Made by a program: the position numbers and the translations under genes. From contig CAZLPS010000009.1 of assembly GCA_964561455.1 (NCBI GenBank), positions 13,380 through 77,379 of the forward strand: 64,000 nt of DNA. Direction: 5' to 3'. The stretch comes from an uncultured Opitutales bacterium. GTDB lineage: Bacteria > Verrucomicrobiota > Verrucomicrobiia > Opitutales > JABDGR01. A model generated the notes under the pieces. The model saw only the letters and a list, made by a program, of their open reading frames with translations, was not told where the DNA came from and searched no databases. Positions 26,496 to 34,581 of the stretch are shown one piece after another; positions within the stretch are counted from its first letter, which is position 1; every line of letters begins with the position of its first letter.

Positions 26496-26678
26496 CAAGA
26501 AGGTTGCAGCGAGAAGCGAGAAGTTAGGAGCTAGAATCTAGAAGCCAAACCCAAACAATTCTGGCTTGAGCTGAAATATTCCGCTCCCTGCTCCCCGCTC
26601 CCTGCTCCCCGCTCCCCGCTTCTAGCTTCTAACTCCTAGCTTCTAACTCCTAGCTTCCCCCCGCTTCATTCTTGACCC
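26496..26678. repeat. Inverted pair of heptamer arrays (TAGAAGC/GCTTCTA and GCTCCCC flavours)
   Basis: The left array reads caagaag gttgcag cgagaag cgagaag ttaggag ctagaat ctagaag. The right array reads ccgctcc ctgctcc ccgctcc ctgctcc ccgctcc ccgcttc tagcttc taactcc tagcttc taactcc tagcttc. The reverse complement of the left matches the right. Confidence 0.7.
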
Positions 26679-26716
26679 CACCGCCTCTTTCCGGCAATTT
26701 CTTCCCTTTCCGTCAG

Positions 26717-26792
<76 letters not shown>

Positions 26793-27040
26793 CCTTTAAG
26801 TCATTGTTTTTCAATGGAAAGCACCACGTTGGCCTGATTGGCGCTCGAAGGCTGAATATATTTCTTGGGCACTACTTGGCCACTTGTGGGGTCCTAAAAG
26901 TTACAGCTGCAAATTTAGTCTGCCGGGTACGGATACTGGAAGGATAAAGGTTGAGGGATGAAAGATGAATACGGACTTCCTGGTTTTACCATTCCGTTCG
27001 CTTTTGCGCTGCGGGCACTACACCCCATATCTCCTTTACA

Positions 27041-28861
27041 GTGCTGGGTGTAACCTTGGGACAGCTGATTTCAGCATGTCCGATGAACTTCGCTGTCCAC
27101 TTCCATCCCAGCAAGTTGCCCGGTCATTTTCTGACAGTGCCGCCGCCCGCAACCTTGGAGGCAAGACTTCGACGGCACCCTTTGCTTCCCGGTCGCGCGT
27201 GGCTGGCGTTGCTGTTGGCGATAATCATGGGCCTCGCGTCGGGCCCGCGCGCTGAGGCGCAGACGATGGTATGGTTGGGCTATAATCCCTCTTGGGCGAC
27301 TTACAGCAATTGGTCCCCGGATGCGGTTCCGAATTCAACAGCGGCCGAAGCGCTGATCGACAGTAGTAAATCTCTATCAGGCCCAACTTATGGGGATAGC
27401 GCCACTTTGGCGATTAACATCGTTTTGAACAATCTGACCTTCGATTCCCTGAATGCGTATACAAATACCGCCCCCCTCAATTTTGTGCTAACCAGCATTC
27501 CGCCCTATAACACGTTGACCTTTGCCGGCAGTTCTCCGTCGTTGACCATGACTGCGGCGTACAACGGCACTGCCACGATTAATTCCCCGATCATTCTGGG
27601 CAGTTCACTCCTCATCTCGAACAATGGCACGAGCGCCGGGCCACAACTCATCCTGGAAGACACGGTTGATCTTGCGGGCAATAACGTGACCTTTTCCGGC
27701 ACGAGCAACACGTCGGTTTCCGGCAGTATCACGGATTCTGTTGGTGCAGGCAACCTCACCCTAAGCTCGGGCGTGCTCATTCTCAACGGCGTCAATACTT
27801 ACACCGGATTGACCACGGTGAGTGCGGGCACGCTCTTGCTCAGCGGCGCGGGCACGCTGGGCGCTGCCACCGCCGCCCTGACAGTAAACGGCGGCAACTT
27901 GGACCTCGGCGGCACCACGCCGAATAATATCGGCACGGTTACGATTAGTGGCGGGAACATTCAAAACGGCACGCTGACCAGCACCGCCGACTACGCCGGG
28001 CAAAGCGGCACGGTGAGTGCGATTCTGGGTGGGACGGTTGGGCTGAATAAGACGGCCGGCGGCACGCTGATCTTGAGTGGCGCCAATACCTACACGGGGG
28101 CCACAAGCGTGTCGGCGGGCACGCTGGAATTGAATGGGCCCAATGGCGCCCCAAGTGTCAGTAACACCAACACACTGACCATCAACAATGGCGGCACGCT
28201 TCTGACTGACACCAGCGGGCAGCTCAATGCGGGAGTCAAGCTGGTGCTCAACGGTGGCACCTGGGCCACCAATGCGCTAAACTCCACCAGTGCCTCGGCC
28301 CAAGCCGCCTTCACCGCCAACCTGAACACGCTGACCCTGACTGCCACGTCGAACCTCACCCTCGGGAACGGCAGCGGCAGCGCCACCAACACCATCAACT
28401 TCGCGGCCAGCCAATCGGTGAGCTGGACTCCCGGACAGATACTCTATATCAACCATTGGACAGGAGAAGCCTCGAACGACGCGATTGCCGGCGGCGGCGG
28501 CCAGGACGAAATTATCTTCGGCAACTCGCCGGCCGGCCTGAGCGGCGGGCAGCTGGGCGAAATCATCTTTGTCAACCCGCAGGACGCAGCCAACGGGATG
28601 ACGGGCGCCAGCGGCAACTTCTCAGCCGTTATCCTGCCCACGGGTGAAGTAGTGCCCTATGTCGTCGCGCCGGAGCCGGGCACGGTGCCGGCGGGCGCGG
28701 CCCTGGCGGCCCTGGCCCTCCTGCGCGAATGGCGCCGACGCAAGAGTGCACAATGGCTAATGGAAGCTGGAAGTTGGAATCGGGAATTGGGGAGTTGGAA
28801 TTTGGGAGTCAGGATACAGGAGGGTAACAAACCCATCATTGCATTGGCGACGATGGCGTAG
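27041..28861 (+). CDS. PEP-CTERM-anchored protein with autotransporter-associated beta-strand repeats
   Basis: The signal peptide is LALLLAIIMGLASGPRAEAQ. Repeated units such as GAGTLLLSGAGTLG, GGTLILSGANTYTGATSVSAGTLEL and LTLS.GVL.LNG.NTYTG are present. The C-terminus, APEPGTVPAGAALAALALLREWRRRK, is a PEP-CTERM sorting signal. The start may be 27083, and the last roughly 38 codons run through a heptamer array. Confidence 0.75.
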   Translation: MLGVTLGQLISACPMNFAVHFHPSKLPGHFLTVPPPATLEARLRRHPLLPGRAWLALLLAIIMGLASGPRAEAQTMVWLGYNPSWATYSNWSPDAVPNSTAAEALIDSSKSLSGPTYGDSATLAINIVLNNLTFDSLNAYTNTAPLNFVLTSIPPYNTLTFAGSSPSLTMTAAYNGTATINSPIILGSSLLISNNGTSAGPQLILEDTVDLAGNNVTFSGTSNTSVSGSITDSVGAGNLTLSSGVLILNGVNTYTGLTTVSAGTLLLSGAGTLGAATAALTVNGGNLDLGGTTPNNIGTVTISGGNIQNGTLTSTADYAGQSGTVSAILGGTVGLNKTAGGTLILSGANTYTGATSVSAGTLELNGPNGAPSVSNTNTLTINNGGTLLTDTSGQLNAGVKLVLNGGTWATNALNSTSASAQAAFTANLNTLTLTATSNLTLGNGSGSATNTINFAASQSVSWTPGQILYINHWTGEASNDAIAGGGGQDEIIFGNSPAGLSGGQLGEIIFVNPQDAANGMTGASGNFSAVILPTGEVVPYVVAPEPGTVPAGAALAALALLREWRRRKSAQWLMEAGSWNRELGSWNLGVRIQEGNKPIIALATMA

Positions 28862-29186
28862 TGTGAATGCGCAATCGGAAAGGCGTTGAAGCAACCGGGC
28901 GTCGGAAGTTAGAAGTTAGGAGCTGGAAGTTGGAATAGGGGAGACTGGGGAATGCCGGACGGGGTCTGGATGCCGGATGGGGTCCGGCTGTTCAAGTTAA
29001 CCTGAAGTGGGACTATGAGCTGAACGATGGCCAGTTAAAGCGTCGCGACGCGACGCGCTGTTCTGGTGCCGGCTTGGTTCCGTGGATTGAAATCCACGGT
29101 TATTTTCGGCCCTCGCTACGCGAGGCGTTGTCGTCCGGGACGGAAGTTTTTTTCCTGTCTACGGTCTCCCCGCTCCCTGCTTCTAC
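28761..29186. repeat. Three GGAAGTT/GCTCCCT-flavour heptamer arrays
   Basis: Array 28761-28823 reads tggaagc tggaagt tggaatc gggaatt ggggagt tggaatt tgggagt. Array 28903-28960 reads cggaagt tagaagt taggagc tggaagt tggaata ggggaga, in direct orientation. The complementary array at 29164-29186 reads tctcccc gctccct gcttcta. Confidence 0.6.
29080..29107 (+). terminator. Candidate intrinsic terminator
   Basis: A perfect 8-bp stem (ccgtggat-tgaa-atccacgg) is followed by ttattttc. Confidence 0.4.
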
Positions 29187-29965
29187 GCGGTTACAGCAGG
29201 TTTATTTTCGACCCGCGACCGGTAAACGACGTCCACGACATTGCGGATGAATTGCTCATCGGTGATGCCTTCGGTGGCTTCGGCAGGGAAGGTGACTTTG
29301 GCGCGGAAGTGGCCAGCCAGTTCCGCGAAGAGTTCCACGCGGGAGACGGCATCGAAGGTGTCGCGCCGCAGAACAGCCTGGAGGGCAATGGCGGCTTCGC
29401 CGGGCGCGACGAGTTGGCGCAGGCGGGCGGCAAGGTGCGGGTAGGCGCGCAACGAATTGAATTTCCCAGCGAGCAGTTGGTCAAGATTGGGTTCCGCCAG
29501 TTCGGGTTGGTGAATGACCAGGGTGTTGCCGGCGATGTCGCCCAAGCGCTGGCATTTGGGCGTGAACCAGCAGACCAGCCCGCCCAGGAAATAGAACAGC
29601 GGCAGCCCGTCCACGGCCCGCAGCAGATTACGCAGGACGATTTGGCTGAAGTGCAGCCGCAGGCCCTCGGCATCCACCACCCGCAACCGGTAGAGCCGCT
29701 TGCCAACGGTCTGCCCGCGCCAATACCATTCGCAGGCAATGCCGTAGCCGATGCTGATGACAAAAAAGCCCAACACCTGCAGCGCAGTCGAAAGGTTGTC
29801 GCTGAAAATGCTCAGCAACCGCAAGACAAGGGTGAGGACATAGAGAATCGCGTAGACGCAAACCGCATCCAGCATCCAGGCCAGAAAACGGGTAACCGGC
29901 CCCGCAATCTCCTGCGAGAAGACAATGCCTTCCGGCGTGCGAATTTGCAGCGTCGAAGTAGTCAT
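29183..29965 (-). CDS. RDD family membrane protein (last gene of cluster)
   Basis: The sequences WYWRGQTVGKRLYRLRVVDAEG and AVDGLP..Y fit the RDD domain pattern. It has three TM helices. Its start overlaps the upstream stop by 4 nt. Confidence 0.8.
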   Translation of the reverse strand: MTTSTLQIRTPEGIVFSQEIAGPVTRFLAWMLDAVCVYAILYVLTLVLRLLSIFSDNLSTALQVLGFFVISIGYGIACEWYWRGQTVGKRLYRLRVVDAEGLRLHFSQIVLRNLLRAVDGLPLFYFLGGLVCWFTPKCQRLGDIAGNTLVIHQPELAEPNLDQLLAGKFNSLRAYPHLAARLRQLVAPGEAAIALQAVLRRDTFDAVSRVELFAELAGHFRAKVTFPAEATEGITDEQFIRNVVDVVYRSRVENKPAVTA

Positions 29966-30978
29966 GGCGACGGCGCGGTGGCGGCGGCTTTGGGCGTGCG
30001 GCCGGATTTGGCGAGAAAGAAGATGAGCAGGGCGAGCTCGACCACGCCAAAGGCAATCTTCACCGCGTACGGGATGACCGGCTCGTGGTACTGCGACAAA
30101 AACGACTCCACAAACCCGGCCCAGGTCAGCAGCAGGCCGACGCCAAAAATCAGGGTCACGAGGCTGCGCGAAACCTCGCGCAAGCGGGCCCGGAGGGGAA
30201 TGCGCCGACCCCAGCCAATGAGCGCTCCGGCCAGCACCAGACCGGCCTGGCCAGCAATCAAGATGGCGGGGATTTCAATGACCCCGTGCGGCAGCAGCCA
30301 GCCAAAGAGAAACAGCGCCTGCCCGGCGTGGAGATAATCGGCGGCCACCGCGCCGAGCGTAACCCCGTTGTAGAAAAGCAATACGATGGTGCCGAATCCA
30401 TAAGTCATCCCGAGGGCCATGGTATTTATGGAAATCCGCGTATTGTGGGTCATCAATTCGGCGGAGAACGTCGCCTTGTGCCCGGCCAGCTTGTCATCCT
30501 GCGCATTTTCCTCGTCGGCCACGCGTTTGGCCGGGTCCTGCTGGAGGTGCTCGAAGGGCATCAGGACAGCCTTGGACGAAGGATCGAGCAGGATGGCCAG
30601 GCCCCCAAAGGCACAACCGGCCAGGGTGATGCCGAGCGACAACCAAAAGGCCCGCACATGCTTCCGAAACGTCCGTGGCAGTTCCTGCGTAAACCATTGC
30701 TTCAGGGAAAAGCGCTGTTGACGCTGGCGGGTCTCGTGGATTTCGCCGTAGGCCCGCGCCACCAGGTTTTCAAGGTAGCGGCGGGTCTGCGGCTCGGAGG
30801 AGAAGGTGGTGATTTTCGCGAGGTCAGCGGCGGTGCGCTCATACAGTTCGTGGAAATGCCGGAGCTGCGCCAGGGACAGTTTCCGGCCCGGGTCCGCCTC
30901 CAACCGGTCGAGCAGGTTTTCCAGCTCGGTCCAGCAGGTGCGTTCGGTCGCGAGAAATCTTTCGAGGTCAATAATCAC
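29962..30978 (-). CDS. SpoIIM-like (DUF95) integral membrane protein
   Basis: An N-terminal cytoplasmic helical region is followed by about six TM helices. The sequences HNTRISINTMALGMTYGFGT and LLPHGVIEIPAILIAGQAG are typical of stage II sporulation protein M-like proteins. Confidence 0.7.
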   Translation of the reverse strand: MIIDLERFLATERTCWTELENLLDRLEADPGRKLSLAQLRHFHELYERTAADLAKITTFSSEPQTRRYLENLVARAYGEIHETRQRQQRFSLKQWFTQELPRTFRKHVRAFWLSLGITLAGCAFGGLAILLDPSSKAVLMPFEHLQQDPAKRVADEENAQDDKLAGHKATFSAELMTHNTRISINTMALGMTYGFGTIVLLFYNGVTLGAVAADYLHAGQALFLFGWLLPHGVIEIPAILIAGQAGLVLAGALIGWGRRIPLRARLREVSRSLVTLIFGVGLLLTWAGFVESFLSQYHEPVIPYAVKIAFGVVELALLIFFLAKSGRTPKAAATAPSP

Positions 30979-32315
30979 AGCAATTGCCTTTGTTTGACGC
31001 GGAGATATTGCGAAATGAGGTCGGCACTAAACCGCTCGTCCCCGAGTAAATTGAACTGCACGCCGCGCCGCTGGAGCACCTTGCCCAATTCCCGCAAATT
31101 TTGCCAGAAGAGATGCCCGCCCAGCCGCTCATACAAGTCGTCCGTGGTCTGCGCATCCGGGCGGGAAAACAGCGGGGCCACGCCCGGCGGTTGCAGCATG
31201 TTCACCAGCACGAGATGCTGGCGGCGGATTAAATCCACGTTCTTGACGAAACTGGCGGACAATTCGGGATTGTCGAGCGCAGTCAGAAAAATCAGCAGGG
31301 TGCGGCGGCGCAGGCGCAGGCGGATGTAGGTGCAAACTTCATCGTAATCCGGCGACACAATTTGGGGCTGGACGGTGTAGAGCACGTCGCGGCAGGCATT
31401 GTAATGCGCCTGGCCGTTTTTTGCCCGCACGAACGAATTGACCTTGTCGCTAAAGACCAGCAAGCCAAACAGGTCGCCTTGCTGCTCCGCCGCCAACCCC
31501 AGCGCCAACGCCGCAGTCAAATAGAGTTCCAGGCTTGGCGCGGGTTGCGCATCACCCGGGCGCTGGACGGGCCGGGCCGAGAGGCGGGAGACGTCGAGCA
31601 CGACATAGACTTCCTGAGTGCGTTCGATTTGAAAAACCTTGGTGATGGGCCGACCCCGCTTGGCCGTCGTCTTCCAATGGATGTCGTCCATGCTGTCGCC
31701 GGAGACGTATTCGCGGAGTTTTTCAAACTCATGGCCCTTGCCGATTTGGCGCTGCGCGTGGGTCCCGAAGGTCCCACGGTGTAGAAACAGTGCCGCCATC
31801 TTCTTGCGTTCGGCAACCAAATTGGGATAGACCCGGATTTCCGCTTTCGCGGGCAGCGCGCGGCGGGCATTCCAAAAGCCCAGCGGCGAACTCGCTTCCA
31901 GGTAAACCTTGTCGAGTTGATACCGTCCCCGCCGACGGGGAATTATGGGCCACGCGACCTGGGACCAGACTGACGCGGCACCGAGGGCCACGGTAAGATC
32001 TTCCTGGGACGATTCGATTTCGCGGGGCAGCGCCAGCCCAAGGCGCAACTGCCGCGCCTGTTGCGAATCGTTGCGCACGCGCAATTCCAATTTTGCATCC
32101 CGGTCCTTGGACATCCGTGCAATCGCGGGGAGTTCGACCCCCAAACCATGCAAATTGCGCCGCGCGGCGAAGCCATCAACGGCCACGACAATCCCGAGTG
32201 CCGCCACCGCGAGTAGGGCGGTGCCCGCGGCCGCCGGCCCGGTGGCGCCCAGCAGCGCAAAGGGCAGCACGATCAGCGCCACCCAGAGGAGCAATCGGTT
32301 CCGGGGGACAATCAT
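30975..32315 (-). CDS. DUF58 domain protein (MoxR partner, degenerate vWA-like)
   Basis: Two N-terminal TM helices are present. The signature EFEKLREYVSGDSMDDIHWKTTAKRGRPITKVF is the hallmark DUF58 motif. It overlaps both neighbours by 4 nt. Confidence 0.8.
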   Translation of the reverse strand: MIVPRNRLLLWVALIVLPFALLGATGPAAAGTALLAVAALGIVVAVDGFAARRNLHGLGVELPAIARMSKDRDAKLELRVRNDSQQARQLRLGLALPREIESSQEDLTVALGAASVWSQVAWPIIPRRRGRYQLDKVYLEASSPLGFWNARRALPAKAEIRVYPNLVAERKKMAALFLHRGTFGTHAQRQIGKGHEFEKLREYVSGDSMDDIHWKTTAKRGRPITKVFQIERTQEVYVVLDVSRLSARPVQRPGDAQPAPSLELYLTAALALGLAAEQQGDLFGLLVFSDKVNSFVRAKNGQAHYNACRDVLYTVQPQIVSPDYDEVCTYIRLRLRRRTLLIFLTALDNPELSASFVKNVDLIRRQHLVLVNMLQPPGVAPLFSRPDAQTTDDLYERLGGHLFWQNLRELGKVLQRRGVQFNLLGDERFSADLISQYLRVKQRQLL

Positions 32316-33271
32316 CGCGGCACGGCAATTTGTTGCAGAATTTGGTGAATGACCTCGACCATGCCCAGACCTTCAATTTCAAATTCGGGGCGGAGGATGA
32401 GGCGGTGCTCCAACACGGGAACCGCCATCACCTTGATGTCGTCGGGCGTCACAAAGTCGCGCCCCGAAATGGCGGCGTAGGCGCGCGCCCCCATGATGAG
32501 CGATTGCGTGGCGCGGGGGCCGGCGCCGACCAACACGCTTTCATGCGCCCGGGTGGCCCGCACGAGGTCCACCAAGTAGGCCAGCAATTCGTCCCGCAAC
32601 GTGATCGTGCCCAGGAGAGTGCGCAGTTCGACCAGTTCTTCACGGGTGACCACCTGCTTGACCTCGCCTTGGGCCAGCACCGCTTCCGGCGCGTCCCTGG
32701 TCATGGTCCGTTGCGCAAGCGTCAATTCGTCGGCCCGGTCCGGTGCCCCCATGGTGATTTTGAGCATGAAGCGGTCCTTCTGGGCCTCCGGCAGTGGGTA
32801 GGTGCCTTCGTACTCGATGGGGTTCTGCGTGGCAAAGACGGTGAAGTCCGGGGGAAGCGTATAGGTGTCGCGGTCAATGGTCACCGTGCGCTCCTGCATG
32901 GCCTGAAGCAGCGCGGACTGGGTTTTGGCCGGGGCGCGGTTGATTTCGTCAGCCAGCAGGAACGACGTGAACACGGGCCCCTTGGCGACACTGAACTCAT
33001 TGCGCTGCAAATTATAGATGCTTGTGCCGGTGATGTCGGCGGGCATCAAGTCAGGTGTGAACTGGATGCGGGCGAAGTCGCAGCCCAGCACTTTGCCCAG
33101 GGTGCGCACGAGCAGTGTTTTGGCCACGCCGGGGACGCCCTCGATGAGGGCGTGATTGCCGGTGAAGATGACAATGAGCGCCTTTTCGATGACGTCATGC
33201 TGGCCAATGATGACCTTGGCGGTTTCATGGCGGGCTTGGGCGAGAACTTCCTTGAGTCGTTCGGTATTCAT
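32312..33271 (-). CDS. MoxR-family AAA+ ATPase
   Basis: The internal Met at 33271 gives MNTERLKEVLAQARHETAKVIIGQHDVIEKALIVIFTGNHALIEGVPGVAKT (Walker A). Walker B is LLADEINRAPAKTQSALLQAMQE. The rest is the usual MoxR pattern. Confidence 0.9.
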   Translation of the reverse strand: MNTERLKEVLAQARHETAKVIIGQHDVIEKALIVIFTGNHALIEGVPGVAKTLLVRTLGKVLGCDFARIQFTPDLMPADITGTSIYNLQRNEFSVAKGPVFTSFLLADEINRAPAKTQSALLQAMQERTVTIDRDTYTLPPDFTVFATQNPIEYEGTYPLPEAQKDRFMLKITMGAPDRADELTLAQRTMTRDAPEAVLAQGEVKQVVTREELVELRTLLGTITLRDELLAYLVDLVRATRAHESVLVGAGPRATQSLIMGARAYAAISGRDFVTPDDIKVMAVPVLEHRLILRPEFEIEGLGMVEVIHQILQQIAVPR

Positions 33272-34581
33272 GAGGGGAGAATCGGAGGTTGGGCGGCGGG
33301 TGGCGCCGCGGAGAAGGTGGGTTTCGAAAGTATTTCCGCCATGCGCCGGTAGGCGGCCACGGCGTTGCGTTTGCGGGCGGGGAGCGCTTTTTCCGCATCC
33401 ATCACGGCTTGGACCTCCGCCAATTTTGGCCCGGGCCGCGCCGCCGCAGGCGATTTCCGCCACTCTTCGAAACAGGCATTGAGAATGTTTGCATCGGTAA
33501 CATTGCGCCGGAGCAGATTGACGAATCCGGCGGCGGCATCTTTGCCCGCGACAAAACCCGCCATTTTTTCCTCCGGCGGCGGGGGCACGAGGCTCGGTGA
33601 ATTTTTCCAAATGAACAATCCGGCGAGTAATACCAGCCCGGCGGCCAGCCCGGCGAGATGGTATTGGCGTACCAGCAGGGCAATGCCCGGCGTTTCCGCC
33701 ACCCCAAGGTGGGCTTCATCAAAAACCACCTGGCGACCGGACCCAACCAGCCAGGCGAGAAAATCCGCATGCCGGTCTCCGCGCAATGCCTCATTGCTCA
33801 GCAGATATGAATCCGACACCAGCACGACGGAACCCGGCCCAAACATCCGCTCGATGACCACGGGATCGGAATCGCGCTGGTAAATCACGTTCCACGCCTG
33901 GTCCAGTTTCGTAAAGATCAAACCACTGTGCCATTGCAGCGACGGTGGGAGGGGGAGGGGGGACGCCTTGTGCACCGGCACCGGAGAGATGACGCTGTCC
34001 AGTACGTCCAGCGGATTGGAATCTATGGTCACCCCCCATTTTTCGAGCAAATTGACATCGGGATTCTCCTCCGTGGTTTTACCGGGATCAGATTTTCCCG
34101 GGGCGGGCTTCTTCTTGGGCGTCGCGGAATCCGCCGGGGGCGATTTTTTTCCGTCGGGCTTGTCCGCCAGCGGCGTTTTGTCGGCCGTTTTATCCTTCAC
34201 GTCGCCCAGCATATTGGCCATGGCGGAATATTTATAGGTGATTACGAGGCGCCCGCCGCGGGCAAGAAAACCATTCACTTCGGAATATAGGCTCGGCGAG
34301 ATTTCGTCCATTTCCGACGAGTCGGCCGCGAGATGAAGGTAAACCGTATGGGGCTCGGCGGGTAGTCGGTCGTCCACGCTATAGTCGCGCAGCAGCGTCA
34401 AATTCGGCATTCGCTCCAAGCTCTCATAAAAGGCCATGGTGCCGAGGGGGTCGGTGCGCAATGAGGAATAGGGCGGGTAATCCACGCCGCTCTCCAGCCG
34501 CATTTGCATGAGCCAGAACAGGCCGGCGGCAAACGCCAGCCCGCCCGCCACCAGCGCCATAATCAGGACCCGTTTGCTCAC
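33268..34581 (-). CDS. DUF4350-like membrane-anchored protein
   Basis: An N-terminal TM helix is followed by YSSLRTDPLGTMAFYESLERMP, typical of DUF4350. A second TM helix lies near the C-terminal third. The gene sits between DUF4129 and MoxR as in known clusters. The family call is from memory. Confidence 0.6.
   Translation of the reverse strand: MSKRVLIMALVAGGLAFAAGLFWLMQMRLESGVDYPPYSSLRTDPLGTMAFYESLERMPNLTLLRDYSVDDRLPAEPHTVYLHLAADSSEMDEISPSLYSEVNGFLARGGRLVITYKYSAMANMLGDVKDKTADKTPLADKPDGKKSPPADSATPKKKPAPGKSDPGKTTEENPDVNLLEKWGVTIDSNPLDVLDSVISPVPVHKASPLPLPPSLQWHSGLIFTKLDQAWNVIYQRDSDPVVIERMFGPGSVVLVSDSYLLSNEALRGDRHADFLAWLVGSGRQVVFDEAHLGVAETPGIALLVRQYHLAGLAAGLVLLAGLFIWKNSPSLVPPPPEEKMAGFVAGKDAAAGFVNLLRRNVTDANILNACFEEWRKSPAAARPGPKLAEVQAVMDAEKALPARKRNAVAAYRRMAEILSKPTFSAAPPAAQPPILPS

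Noticed and set aside
26496-26678. The heptamer repeat arrays were checked as possible CRISPR arrays.
   Set aside because: The units are 7 nt, contiguous and degenerate, with no unique spacers of 25-40 nt. No cas genes are present in the window.
26793-27040. The AT-richer stretch right after tRNA-Phe was considered as another integration site or island edge.
   Set aside because: There is no repeat of the tRNA 3' end, no integrase and no foreign-looking genes. The next gene is a GC-typical PEP-CTERM protein. The stretch contains only a short GGATGAA-flavour heptamer tract (about 26935-26975).
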